A DNA stretch of 64,000 nucleotides. Origin: Cycas panzhihuaensis (Eukaryota > Plantae > Cycadophyta). Below, piece after piece: positions 16,729 through 30,243 of this stretch; within the stretch, counting starts at the first letter, position 1; each line of letters begins with the position of its first letter. The notes under the pieces were generated by a model. The model was not told the origin of the DNA and searched no databases. It was given only the letters and a program-made list of their open reading frames with translations. The stretch lies in contig CM041465.1 in the NCBI GenBank assembly GCA_023213395.1, positions 208,513,741-208,577,740 of the forward strand. Direction: 5' to 3'. The translations under genes were made by a program, and so were the position numbers.

Positions 16729-19700
16729 ATTTTGTGTTGCTTGATCCGCTTTTGCTAGTAACTTCTAGATTAGGATTGTTAGAGCCCTTATGCTCTGGTT
16801 TAATTCTGATGCGCCTTCAATTTTTTCCTCTGAGGTTCTAGATTGGGTTGCCATCTTCTTGTGAATGAGCTTTTTCCTTAACCTCAATTCTGTTTCTGCT
16901 TCCCTTGGGGGGAAATTTTGACCTTTCTGAGCTTTTACCTCTGCTGTTTCCCCTTGAAATGAAGCTTTGATACCACTTGTAGCGATCTGGTTCTACTTTT
17001 ATAGCAATTTTCCTCAAAAACACAGATAATAATCCATAGAAAGGCAATAACTATATGCTTTCGATAGAAAAATGAACAAGGAATAGAAATTACAGAATCC
17101 ACAAAAGTAAATAATAATCTTTACTATCAAATAATACTAAAAATAGAATGAAATTAGATCAAAATACCAGTCTTTCCTGAAGAAGTGAGCTTCCCTCTTC
17201 GAGGCGAGGAACCCCTTCAAATTGTAGCCCCAAATGGGTGAGCTAATTGTAGCCCTAGAACCAAAAATACGCAGCCAAAAGAACCTCCGACGATGGTTTG
17301 GGATGCAGCCCAAACTTCCTATATATAGTGATCAAAATACTTCAATTAGAAGTCGGCTAGACTGGGTGATATTATTCTTAATACTGCTTAAACAGAAGTC
17401 AGCTAGAACTTCTCCAAAACTGGCAAGCTACCTTTACATGGTCATAACTTTTGTTAGAGATGTCAGAATTGACTCTCATCTAAACTGTTGGAATCCTCGT
17501 TCAGAGGCCTTCAATTTGAATGGTTACATGGCATAGTTTTGACTAGATTTTGGAATGCTACACTTAACCTGGAGCATGGATTTAGGATAGCCTGACCCAT
17601 ACCCCCCAACTACATATGTGTCATAATTTTGCCAACCAAGGAGGCTTAGTAAGCATCCTCCATAATATTTTGGCTCTAGTGACCTAGGCCACCCATAACA
17701 CAGGCCTGAGACCAAGACCTCCCATATCCTTAGGTTTACAAACCTCTTATGACTTAACTAGGTGGAACTTTCTGCATTTTGGGTTGCGGGCTCCTTTCCA
17801 AACAAAATCTCTTATTTGCTTGTATAATAGGTTTAATATTAGAGTAGGCATGTGGCAGAGAGCCAACATATACGTTGGAATGGACCCTAAGATTGCCTTT
17901 ACCAGGACCACTCTCCTTGTTAGGGATAGCCATCTTAAGGACCAAGACTTCATCCTAGCATTGATTTTGTCAACAATGCCTATCCACTAGGGCACCCCTT
18001 GTTTGTGACCAATTGGTGCCCCAAGGTAGGTGAGGAATTGTTTATCTTCAAAAAGTTGGAATTCCAGATGGGAATTTAGTTTGCAAGGGGGGTAGTTGAA
18101 AGGCATAACTTTTGATTTCCTAGTATTGATCTTGGCTCTAGCCACTACGCAAAAGGAATCCAAGATTTTCTTGATAAATTTTGCTTCACCAATTGACATG
18201 TCTCTAAAGAGTAGAGCATCATCAACAAATTGAGAGTGGGTAATGTGGTCCAGTCTTGAAGTCACTGCAACCCTGTGTAGTGTTCCATTTCTTCAAGCTT
18301 CAAATAGAGTCCAGTTGAGAGCCTTTGCCATAATCACAAAGAGGGTAGGAGATAAGGGGCATCCTTGTCTAATCCCTCTTGATGCATTGAAGAATTTGGT
18401 TGGGGTGCCATTGATGATAATTGCAAACAATGTAGTATTGATACACACTCTAACCCACCTCATCCAGATCTTATCAAACCCCATCTTGTCCATAATCCTC
18501 ATAAGAAAATCCCAGTTGAGTCCATTGTATACATTCGCAAAGTCAAGCTTGATCATCGTCATCCTCCTTCTGGAATTGACCACCAAGTGAATGACCTCTT
18601 GAGCCATGATCACTTGGTCAATGATTAGCCTCCCTTTTACTCTACCACCATGTCTAATTGAGATCAACAATGGTATGATTTCCTCGAGCTTGGTAGCCAT
18701 GAATTTCATGACAATTTTGTATGAAAAGTTACACAACGAGACAGGGTCTAAACCTATTGATAGTGGAAGTTCCCTTGTCCTTTGGGATGAGGGTAAGCAA
18801 GTTGGAGTTTAAAGCTTTCAACATTTGCCCAGACTTCCTTGATTCCTCTAACATCTGGAGAAGGTCGTACTTAATACTGTGCCAAGTTGTCTGGTAGAAA
18901 TTTGCTTGGAGCCCATAAGGCCCTAGAGATTTGTTAGGCTGCAATGCAAATACAGTCATCCACACTTTGTCCATGGTCGCTTCTTTAATTAATCTGGAGT
19001 TCAACTCTCTGGTGACCATTTTAGGAATGGCTTTGGCCATCTCAAGTTGGGCATTTTCTCTATATAAATGGTCTTCTGAGAATAAAGTGGCAAAATGTTC
19101 TTTGGATGTAGTCTTAATTTATTCTTGGGAACTGACGATTTGGCCTGTATCAAGCTTTAGTTCGGCTATCCTATTCTCCATCTGACGAGTAGAGATGGCT
19201 TTGTGGAAGATTCAGGAGTTGGTATCCCCTTGCTTGACCCACAACATTCAAGATCTAAGCCTTGGAAGGGCATCTTGGTCCTTCTCAATGGTTTCCAATT
19301 TGTTCAACAAGGCTCCTTCTTCTCTCTTAACTTTTGAAGAATCGTATCTGATGCTTACCTTCTCATTAAGAGTGTTGATCTCTCTTTTCATTTGTTGGAC
19401 TCTGAGTTGGCCTCATTCATCACTCATCATTGCCATTGTTTCAAATTGTTTTTGATTTGCTTCAGCTTGTAGTGGAAGACAAACATTTTCGTACTCGTGT
19501 GCTAGGCTTCTGCCCACTACTTCTCAATCAAAGGCATAGATTCATTATAGTTCATTAATACTGGGTTGAATTTGAATGTGATTTTTTTTACGGGTGTGCA
19601 TGCCTAATAACTTAAGGAGAATGGGAGCATGGCCTGATTTGCTCCTAGGAAGAATTGTGGATTCAACTTCAATGACATCCAAAAGTGGTTCAAAGATTAG

Positions 19701-22700
19701 AAACTTGTCAAGCCTTTCCATGATTCGTGAAGCTCCCACTCTTCTATTGGATTGTGCAAAAACTCCATTTGTAGGCTCAACATCTATCAATCTTCTATCT
19801 TCTATAAGATCTAGAACCATCTCTGCCTGTTTGCTTAGGTAGAATTGGCCTCCTTGCTTCTAATTCAGATGCAACACCACGTTTAGATCACTTCCTATGA
19901 TCTAGTTTTGAACATTTCTATCCTTGCCATCCCACCATACATTTGCCCAACACTCTTGACCTAACTGGAAGTGGTTAGGTCCATACATGTTTGTGAAGTC
20001 AATATCCATGTTGCAATTTGCTACATGGATTTTGGTCCTAACCCAGTCTCTTCCTTTAGTTGTTTCCACTATCTTGAGGGTCTATTGTTCCATAATGTAA
20101 TTAATCCACCTGACTGATCCCTTGCACCAATGCTCGCACACGAGTATGAATTACCAATCCACTTGAGAAGCCTACTTTCAACTTCAACTTTAGAAATTTT
20201 TGTTTCCTGAAGAAAGAGAACATCAAGTCTCTAGTCTTTGATGTGGCCTTTTAGGGTTCATTTAGTCAAGGACGAACCCAACCCCCTTATGTTCTAAGAG
20301 ACTATGTTCATTTTTGACTAGGCTGGAAAGGACCATTTCTGGATTTTGACTCGCCTTTGGATGTACTAGGGTTTTCACTCTAGTGGACATCATTGATTTG
20401 CTTACCATGTTGATAGTCCTTGGGTTGTTTCCCATGCAAGAATTAGGTCATCTAGGCTTGAGATTTGCATGCAACCTCCTATATGTTGCATACTTATTAA
20501 TTCATCTCTCAAATAATTTCTCTAGGCTTAGTACTAGAGGTGTCACCTCAAGCATTCTCCACTAACCATGGCAACTTATATTTGCTTGATCTACTCAGAT
20601 ACCATATTGAAGTCAGAGTTTACCACTAAGAACTACAAGAAAGATTTGCAAGTAGAATTAGTCTACCTCATCAATCAATTATTTTTCATTAATACTCAAC
20701 TCATCTTTGTACAATAGTTGATACAAAAAAATAACTATACAAATAGACTCACATGTCAACTAATTAAATGCAAAAGAGGGGGGTTTCATGCCATTAAGTT
20801 ATAAGCCTAAACAATAAATATTAATAATTTAATATGTGGCCTCTTCTTCCTCCTACATCCTTGGACTCTCTACTTGCTTCTTGGCCTTCTATTTGACTCA
20901 ACCTCATGGAAGTGTGAGTGTCACTTAGTAGAACCAATCCACAATTTGTCGTTATGATGCTGCTACTTGTCCCTTAATGTCTAATGATATGACATCATGT
21001 GGGAACAATTTCATCCACTCCTATAATGTTGACACATTTGATTGGATTTCCATCATGGGTGATTTTGCAACTAGTCACTATAGGAGAAACGAAGAAGGGT
21101 GCTGAAATATTTGTTTCCTTTCTTGAATTTCCTAGACTTATTGTTTGATCAACAATGTTAGGTTGAGTGCTTCTCCTTATAGTACTTGTTGTAGAACTGA
21201 AACCTTCCTAGTTGGATAATAAGTGTACTTCTTCTTCCCTACAAATTTCATCACTACGACCTTTGCAAACAATTTTAATTGCAAGTTCATAACACTATCA
21301 ATCCTAATACCTTTGGAAAATAATGGTGTGCGAGGCACACAAATTACTTGAGATATCACAACATGGTCAATTTCCCCCTTTTTGTCACCATATGGATTGT
21401 CACCTTTCTTAGGCAGCCTAGTCAATCTCCATAACATGTCTATTGATATTTCTATCAGGTACTATTTTGGGCTACCTATCTTATGATTTCCTTCATTAAA
21501 TTTTATCCCAATATAGTGACATTAATTGGATAAACTTACTCCTTTTTGCCCTAATCAACATGCGTTTGAACTCATCTATGGCCTCCTATACAATCTTAAG
21601 AGTGGGTACATAGGTCTCCTAAATGGTCATCCCTTAGAGTTCTTGTGTTCAGTAATTGACATTCTAACTTTTATAATGTTGTAGCAGGAATGGTAATAGG
21701 AACTCTAAAATTGTGCCATGGAACATTGGAACTATGGTTTGGAATGCTAGAGCTATGCTTTAGAACACTAAAATTGTACTTTGGAATGCTAAACATCATT
21801 CAAGGTCACTATGGAATGCTAGGATGTTGCTAGAACATTGAACTACTAGGGTAGAATGCTAAGATGCTTGAATCTTGTTGAATTTCCCATTGAAAATGCT
21901 TGAAAGATACGGCCCTAACTTCGTATTTTTGGAATGGTCTTTAGAATGCAATTGTTGTGTTCTTGAATGATTGGCTTTTCTCGTTGTGCTTTGGAATGAT
22001 TATGAGAATGCTAACATTGCAAATGGTGACTCTCATGTTGGAAAGATGGTTGGAATGGTGGTTTTCTCACTAGAATGATGGCTTAATGTGGGATAGCAAT
22101 TGCTTTCCACTATTTGTTAAGGCAGCTTACATGATTATTTCACATGTCATTTATTTGTAAGATTGAGTTATGGTTAGTTTATACATTTTTATTTTTTATT
22201 TTCTTGTTTATGTATCAAGTAGTCTTGATGATATGACAACTTTTGTTGTCCTCAAAACATTCTTAGTAATGGTGGTTACCTTATGAACCAATTATAGCAC
22301 ACATAACATTCACTTGTGTTGGGAAAATACCCCTATCTTAGTCGTGGTAGGGTATCAATTTGTTGCAAATACCATTTTGGGCAGCAATTGGCCTATTGAC
22401 TCCCTTAGCTAGACAAAGCCATTTTTATAAATCTCTTTAATCATGTAGGGTCCTTTCCAATGCATTTTTTACTTTTCCTAGCATGTTCAAAGTCTACTAT
22501 CATACAATGATACTAGGTCCCTTTTTAAAAACATGTTGTTTTGCTTTGACAATCATGCAATGTCTTTTTTTATTTTTTTTATGGTTTGCTTTGCGCATTT
22601 GCTTTTGTTGCCTTTTAATTGATCTCTCGACCTTTTAATCGATCTCTCAATTTGCTACTATGATGTGTAAGATTGTAGTTAATAACACATACTTCATTCT

Positions 22701-24282
22701 CTTTATGACTTTTATCATCCTTAGAGTGACTTCCATCAAAGTCATCATAAGCATCACAATATTTGTCTTTACATTGATTTGCTTTTATGTTTTCTCCTAG
22801 ATTAACATTATTATGCCATTTCTCCTTATCTGTGATGCTATGAAAGGCCTCAACACTAGTTATGCTTATGTATTCATCCCTATCATCCTCATGATAATGT
22901 TCTTTTGAGCTTTGACAATTACCTATACTCTTCAAACTCCTTACTATGGTTAATATCATGGATAGTTCTCATATTATAACAACTAACATTAGGTTCATTT
23001 GCTTTGTATGCTCCTTGCAAACAATTGCTTAAGTATGTATTTGTATCACCTCCCTTAGAGTTCAAATATGGATGGAGCTCTCCAAAGCGGTTTAGCCCTG
23101 CTTATAGGGATTATTCATTATCATTGCCTCTTCCACACAATAGCGTGCGGTTGCCTTGACATATGAATTGGAAGCTTATTCATTAGCGATGATAATGAAT
23201 GATACCTTGGTTGGTATCTTTTCAATTATTGTCAACATTGGTAATGTCATGGATTTTCCATTATGAGCAAGAGTGAAGGTTTTCTTCTTCTAGTTTTGTG
23301 GGCTTTTTCTATCATATAACTAGGGTCATCCCAACAGTGCAATATAGGATGCTCTTCCTTCCACCATTTTGATAATAGTTAACTTGAGGCTCACCACTAT
23401 GATAGGTCTTAGTTTTAAGTAACATTGTAAAAAGGTACTTAAGTGTACCCCATTTCTTTACATTATAAAAGTTACTTAGGGGAACCTAATTAATAATTAG
23501 GTACATAGGTGACATGCATACAAACTAACTCAAGTTTGTATAAAAATGTGTAATGCTGAAAGGAAGAAATGAAGAAAAGAAAGTGACATTCTCTCTCTCC
23601 TCTCTTGAGGCTTCATTCAGGCTCTGTTTCTTTCTTGAAAAACACTCTCAGACCTGAAGAATTTCTCATTTTTGTGAATAATCTGTGTCTAAACTAAGGA
23701 GGGTTGAGACCAAAATCATATCAATTGGTATTAGAGCTAGTTGGTCTCTTGGAAGGAGACTTCGGAACAATTTTCCGGACCTTGCAGAGGCGTACGGACA
23801 CCGTACGGACTTGTACGAATATGAAAAAAAGTGCTCGGATTTCGATGAAATTTTACCAAAAGGAGCGCAAGAGCGCGTACATCAAACTTCTCTACAGGAT
23901 CAAAGTCCAAATCTCATTCAAAATTGGAGAAAAAAACAAAAATTAAAGGGGGCGGGTTTGAAGCTTCAAAGGCAGATTTCTTCAAAAATACTTAGGCAAA
24001 TCTCTCCAAACTGCCCATGAAATCTTTGTTATAAACAGATCTATCCATCAAGTATAGATTCATAGCATAAAATTTCTTCATTTTTGTAAAATGAACAAAA
24101 ATAACTTTCAAAACCTAGTCGCAAAAATTGATTCAGCAGTGAATAACTCCACAAATAAAGATCTGATTCCAAAATGGATTGTAGATTCTTAAAGGTGCCT
24201 CAAATACCTTTCTTTTGAGACCCACTTTGATTTTGGTCGTACAAATTCCGTCTGACCCGTATAGTTAATCTGGTCCAGTACA

Positions 24283-24412
24283 TGGGTTGAATTTTGTCAT
24301 TTTTTTAAGTTCTTCTGCAATTTCTCCATCAATGTATAGATATATATATATATATCTATACATTGATGGAGAAATTGCAGAAGAACTTAAAAAAATGACA
24401 AAATTCAACCCA
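24283..24412. repeat. Perfect 130-bp palindrome with (AT)8 centre and no spacer, with imperfect flanking arms
   Basis: The sequence 24283-24412 equals its own reverse complement; looser complementarity extends from about 24257 to 24439. Confidence 0.97.
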
Positions 24413-24488
24413 GATGTACGGATCCATACAACTGTACGGTTGTATGGCATATATATACACACGTTGTTAAAAAAAAAAAAAAAAGCCA

Positions 24489-24713
24489 AAAGCCCTCTCT
24501 GCAGGCATGCACATTTCATTAAGTTTTCTCTTGGGCATATTGCCATAAGCCCTTTTCACAGGTAGGCGTATCCCATTCACATTGCTCTTTTCATAAGATC
24601 TCCTCTTGGGGCATATTCCCATAAGCCCTTCTTCTACAGGCAGGCGTACCCCCATACAAATACAATTGTTCGGGCATATTGTTGTAAGCCCTTCTTAAAG
24701 GCAGGCGTGCCCC
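24489..24713 (+). repeat. Three full and one partial ~45-bp GC-rich direct repeats with unique spacers, directly before the gag ATG
   Basis: Core GGGCATATT..TAAGCCCTT..AGGYAGGCGT.YCCC at 24531-24574, 24606-24653 and 24669-24713; partial copy at 24489-24512. Confidence 0.85.
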
Positions 24714-24722
24714 GCTCCAATC

Positions 24723-27700
24723 ATGTCTCCTGATCAAGAAGATCAATCACATTTTGACCTCACAGAACTCTTAACAAAAGAGCTTCAAGAACAGCATCAA
24801 GATGCACAAACCTTTCAACAAAATTTAGTTTCCAGCATGATGACAATGTTTCAACAAATATTGCATCAACAAAGTATTCCAACAGCCATTCTGATTCAAC
24901 CAACTCCGTTCAAGTTGGACGCTAAAATTAGTATCCCACTTTTTGAAGGTACAATGGATGCTAACAAATTAGATGCATGGCTTCGAAGTCTAGAAGCCTA
25001 TTTCAAAACACAACAACTCACGGAGGCACAAAAAATAATGGTTGTTGAAGTGCATATGGCGGAACAAGCATTAACATGGTGGCAGTCATACTCCCATGAT
25101 AAACCATTTATTTCATGGGTAGAGTTCAAAAATGTTGTCCACAGTCGATTTTATCCCTTGGGATATGTCGATGGACTCACTACACGTTGGCTTCATCTCC
25201 GCCAAGTTGCAGGCCAAACAGTTCAGCAATATATTGATGAGTTTGTTAAGCTTTCTATATGGTTAGAAATTTTTGATTCTGACCACATTCTCAAGCTAAA
25301 GTTTATTGGTGGACTCTTTTCATCCTTACAGCGTGAAATGGAACTTCTTCAGATTTCTACGCTTGAAGCAGCTTATCAATTTACTCTCAAAATTGAAAAT
25401 AAGCTATAACAAAGACCACAACCACCTTCATCGAGGACATTTGTACGTCGAACAAATAATACGAAGAATTATTGTTCTTTCTACAAAAGTCAAGGCCATA
25501 CAGATGCAGAATGTCAAGAACAGCAAAAACCTCATACCTTGGTCACAAAAAACCAGGCTTCGACTGAATCCATTGACATCATAGAGGTACCCAACCTATA
25601 GGCTCCTGATCCTCATCTTGTGTTAATGACTACTGAATATTCTGCTTCTCAGAGAGAAAAACTTTTCACACAGAAATGCCAAATTAAAAATCGCTTGGTT
25701 CTCTATATCATTGATAATGGAAGTATGAAGAACTTGATTTCTGAAGAACTTGATTTCTCAATCGATATTGGATTCTTTACAATTAGTAACCAAGCCACAC
25801 CCTAAGCCATATACTCTTGGATGGGTAAAAAAGGATGGCCAAACAACCGTGGTCGATAAAATGTGTACTGTTACTTTCGCTATTCCACCATTTACGGATC
25901 TTGATTGTGATGTCACTCTTATGGACTGCAGCGACATACTCTTGGGACGACCCTATTAGCATGATCGACGAGCATTATATGATGGGTATCACAATACCTA
26001 TACACTACATAAGAATGGAAAGGCATATAGGTTCTCTTCTGCAGACAATGTTTCTCCATCTTTGGCCATCATTACAGGGAATCCTGCAGTCAAACTTGCC
26101 AACACCTCTAGGCCAAAGACGCTTTGTGTAATTCATCAGGCAACAAAAGAAAATTGTACAAAGATGCCTCCTAAAGCAATAAAATCTCTTTTGGATGCGT
26201 ACTCTAATGTTTTTGCAGAACCTAAGGGGTTACCTCCCATCTGTGTTGTGCAACATTCTATTAATCTTGTTCTTGGATCTCCACTTCCTAATCAGGCTCC
26301 TTATCGCACGACTCCACTTACTCGTGCAGAATTGGAAAAACAACTAACACAGTTGATTGATGAAGGTAAAATTCAACCTAACTGTTCTCCTTGTGGTTCA
26401 CCTGCCATTCTCATTCCAAAGAAAGACAAAGAATGGCGTTTATGCATTGATTACTGGGCCTTAAACAAAATTACTGTTAAAACTCGATATTTGTTGCCAC
26501 ACATTGATGACTTATTAGATCATCTTAAAGGAGCCACATATTTTACAAAATTTGATTTGGCTTTTGGGTAACATCAAGTTTGGGTCAACGCTCAGGATAC
26601 GTGGAAAACAACTTTCAAGACTCAAAATGGCCTGTATGAATGGTTTGTCATGCCCTTCGGTTTGACTAATGCTCCTACAACTTTTATGCGACTCATCAAT
26701 GATATCTTTTGGCCTCACTTAGGTAAATTTGCCATTGCCTACCTTGATGATATCTTGGTCTACAACAGCAATTTGGATGACCATCTGCAACATGTTAATA
26801 CCGTTTTGGCTTTGTTGCGACAACATCAACTCAAAGCCAAATTCAAAAAATGTTTCTTCGCGTAGGACTCCATCTCTTATCTAGGGTTTCTCATCGACAA
26901 GGACGACATCCATGTCGATCCAGATAAAATATGAATAATCCAGCAAAGGCCAACTCCTTCCACTTTAACCGAGCTCAAAAGTTTTCTTGGTTCTGTCAAC
27001 ATTTATTGAAAATTTATTTCTCACTTTTCTAGCATTGCTCATCCTCTTAATGTCCTTACCAAAAATTCCTCAAGTTTAATTTGGAACTCCTCTGCTGAAT
27101 CAACTTTTCAAAAACTTAAGGTAGCCCTCTGTACTGCACCTGTTCTTCATGTTCCCGATCTCTCACAACCTTTTAAACTAGAAACTGATGCTTCTCAATA
27201 TGCCCTTGGCGCAGTTCTTAAGCAGGGAGGACATCCTATTGCTTACCATTCTAAAACCTTCTCTCACGCCATAATTACAGTACTTACGACAAAGAATTTT
27301 ATGCTCTTGTCCAAGCCCTGCGACACGGGAGACACTTCCTCCTTGGCAATGAAACCATTGTTCATATTGATCACTAGCCCTTACAGTTTCTTAACTCTCA
27401 ATCCAAAATCCAAGAACATAGACATCTTAAATGGGCTTCTTATATCCAACAATTCCAGCTTGTCATTAAATACAAAAAAGAAGCTTCCAATAGAGTCGCT
27501 AATTTCCTCAGTCGACCTCCTGCCTTATCCTTAGCCACCTTTCTCACTTCCTCCTTCAATCCATATTCTGACTGGCAACATCTGCTTCCCTCTGACCCCT
27601 ACTTTGGTCCAGTCCTTACTGCCTTATCTCAACCAACCCAATCAGATCTTGAACCCTTCATGGATTACCATCTCAAAAATGGACTTTTGTACAAACTAAA

Positions 27701-29005
27701 TCGTTTGTGTGTACCAGCAGGCACTCCACAACAACAGATCCTTAAGGAGGTTCATTCTTCAACTTGTGGAGGACACTTCGGCACGCATAAAACTCTTCAT
27801 CATCTTCAACGATATTTTTATTGGCCTTCTATGTCAAAGACAATTGAAGATTATGTATGACGTTGCTCTCTCTGCAGTCAATCTAAACCATCTAATCGCA
27901 AACTTGGACTTTATCAACCACTTCCTGTTCTTAGCCAACCTTGGGAATCTATTTCAATGGACTTCGCCAGCGGACTTCCTACAACTTAGCATGGTCACGA
28001 CTGCATCTTCATCGTTGTTTGTCAGTTCTCCAAAATGGCTATTTTCATTCCTTGCACCAAGAACATTTCTGCTTCCCATGCTGCAGATTTATTTTTTAAG
28101 CATATTTGGACTCATTATGGACTTCCTCTTTCCATAATCTCTGACAGGGATAGTCATTTCCTTAGTTATTTTTGGAAAGCTCTATGAAAAATGCTCTGTT
28201 GCCAACTTGAGTATTCAACATCATTCCATCCTCAGACTGATGGACAAACATAAGTGGTTAACCGCACTTTGGTACATGCACTTCGCATTTATCAGCATAG
28301 TAATAAACAATGGGATACACATCTCCATCATATCCAACATAACTCTAATTGGACAAATCACGTTTCTCTTGGACGATCTCCTTTTGAAGTCTATTATGGT
28401 TATCGACCACTTGCTCCTTATGAACTTTCACTAGTTGTACCTTCTCCTATCACAGAACATGAACAAAAAGAACAACAAAAAGTTGTTTCTTTTATTGATC
28501 ACATGACTAAGCTTCACTCTAAGATCAATTAGATTCTTCATCAGACACAAATCAAATATAAATGCGTCCAGGATCAACACTACTCTACAGGTACTTTTGA
28601 ATTGGTGATAAGGTTGGCTCCACCTTGATCGTAAAGGGTTTAAGAATCACCATAAGCTTAAAGCTATTCAGTTTGGCTCATATACTATTCTCAAGGCAAT
28701 TGGACCAAATGCATTTTGCCTTGATCTACCTGCACATTTGGGAATTCATGACATGGTTAATGTCAATCAATTAAAATTATATGAGCCACCACATTTGGAA
28801 GCTGAACCTCTTCCTATTCATCCTATTGACACAATTCTAGATTTCCAGCCTCTTCTTTTTGAAGACACCATTCTTGACATTAGACAATGTTGTATGTGAC
28901 AACATACTACGACCACATATCTCCTTGGACGTAAAGGAACTCTACCCACCAATGCTAAATGGATTTATGTGTCAAGACTCCAAGAGCACTTTCCTCATCT
29001 CTAAC
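24723..29005 (+). pseudogene. Disrupted gag-pol of the CRM-like element
   Basis: Gag 24723-25409; PR IIDNGS..DILLGRP; RT WRLCIDY, MPFGLTNAP, YLDD (26062-26865); RNase H ETDASQYALGAVL; integrase HHCC region GGHFGTHKT; C-terminal YLLGRKG..AKW motif. Multiple stops and frameshifts. Confidence 0.9.
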
Positions 29006-30243
29006 AAAAATTGGGGTCAATTTCTTCTTAAGTAGGGAGGAAATGATAGGTCTTAGTTTTAAGTAACATTGTAAAAAGGTACATAAGTGTACCCCATTTC
29101 TTTACATTATAAAAGTTACTTAGGGGAACCTAGTTAATAATTAGGTACATAGGTGACAAGTATACAAACTAACTCAAGTTTGTATAAAAGGAAGAAATGA
29201 AGAAAAGAAAGTGACATTCTCTCTCTCCTCTCCTGAGGCTTCATTCAAGCTCTGTTTCTTTCTTGAAAAACACTCTTAGACTTGAAGAATTTCTCATTTT
29301 TGTGAACAATTTGTGTCTAAACTAAGGAGGGCTAAGACCAAAATCATATCACACTATGCTAGCCATATTGGCCTTTAAATTGGGTACTAGGCCTAAGGGT
29401 GTGATCCTCAATTGATTTCCTAATTTGATGGAGTAGGTTGTAGCAACCATTTCAGGGCAACTAGCTTCAAGTATGTTTAGGCAAGACGGTCACCATCGAT
29501 TTGCTATCCATGATCGTTGCCTTGACTATTTCTCCTGGTATTGTCATAGTTACCTTGGGGTCCTCATCTAGTAATGACAAGAGTTCATTAACATTTTGGA
29601 CATCACATCAAACCATTTTATAACCTTTATGAGTGGAATTGTAAGCTTGAGTTGCTTTGCCTAGTGTTTAAGCAGCTTAAATGTTTTTGGGATCAATTCA
29701 TTACTTGGGAGTGAAGCAAATGGAATTCCTTAGTACTCTAGCTCTTATGGCCTCTCCTTTGGTGATGGGCTTGGCAAAATCTTTGTTAAGTTGCTCCTAG
29801 GAGATCCCCTTCTTCTATAAACTTTAATTGTAGATCTAGGCATGGTTGAACGATTTCCATCTATCTTTTTAGCAGTTATTTCTAGAGCTTTCTTTGTTGC
29901 AATGAATTGGTTCATTGCCACCTTAGGGTTTGGATAGTCAAACTCATCAACTTTAGCCTCCCCCCTTGGTCTATTGCATGTTTGTAGGTTTAAGGGCCTT
30001 GTGGTCCTCAAATCATTTGGCACTATTATTGCTAGATTGCTAGTTTTGATGTTGTTGGAATAGTTTTTTGAATCATGATTGCTAGGACCATATTTCTAGC
30101 ACATGTGAGCACTCTTGTTAGTGCTTCCTCATAAAGACATTTGGATCTCTAGTGACCAAATTCTAGGCAAAACATGCATCTACCAGTTGGTTTCTTCTTC
30201 TTTGGTGGATCATGGGCCACCTTTGTTGAATAGGAGGGTGAAG

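Larger units (their letters stand above)
12051..17562 (-). mobile_element. Three-LTR composite non-autonomous Ty3/gypsy (chromovirus-derived) element
   Basis: Outer LTRs 12051-12635 and 16978-17562 (585 bp each); middle LTR 14381-14842 (462 bp); PBSs at 16964-16975 and 14367-14378; PPTs at 14843-14856 and 12636-12649; a single TSD CTTAA at 12046-12050 and 17563-17567. Confidence 0.93.
8582..20450 (-). mobile_element. Degenerate L1-clade LINE with RNase H; split by the 12051-17562 insertion; 5' part (most of ORF1) missing
   Basis: ORF2 start MNIVS*NIRGLG at 20311; endonuclease (ERLDKFL..SKSGHAPI, ORF 19545-19820); RT (RGIRQGCPLSPTLF in ORF 18293-18736; HSQFVDDALLF in ORF 17987-18265); zf-RVT (LPKINCFVW..CMLC..SIDHLFMKC, ORF 11343-11570); RNase H remnant about 10590-11000. 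A T12 tract at 8582-8593 is the candidate poly(A) tail; the 3' limit is inferred. Confidence 0.85.
23400..29351 (+). mobile_element. Full-length, decayed CRM-like Ty3/gypsy retrotransposon
   Basis: LTRs 23400-23723 and 29044-29351; PBS TGGTATTAGAGC 23726-23737; PPT 29030-29043; TSD CACTA at 23395-23399 and 29352-29356. Lineage call rests on CRM-type motifs REKLFTQKC..IIDNGS and PHPKPYTLGW. Confidence 0.92.

Noticed and set aside
24265-24565. Mirror ORFs on both strands sharing the same peptide
   Set aside because: Artefact of the perfect palindrome; not a gene.
24489-24713. CRISPR-like repeat-spacer appearance
   Set aside because: Repeats are degenerate, spacers are unequal, there are no cas genes, and the context is a plant retrotransposon leader.
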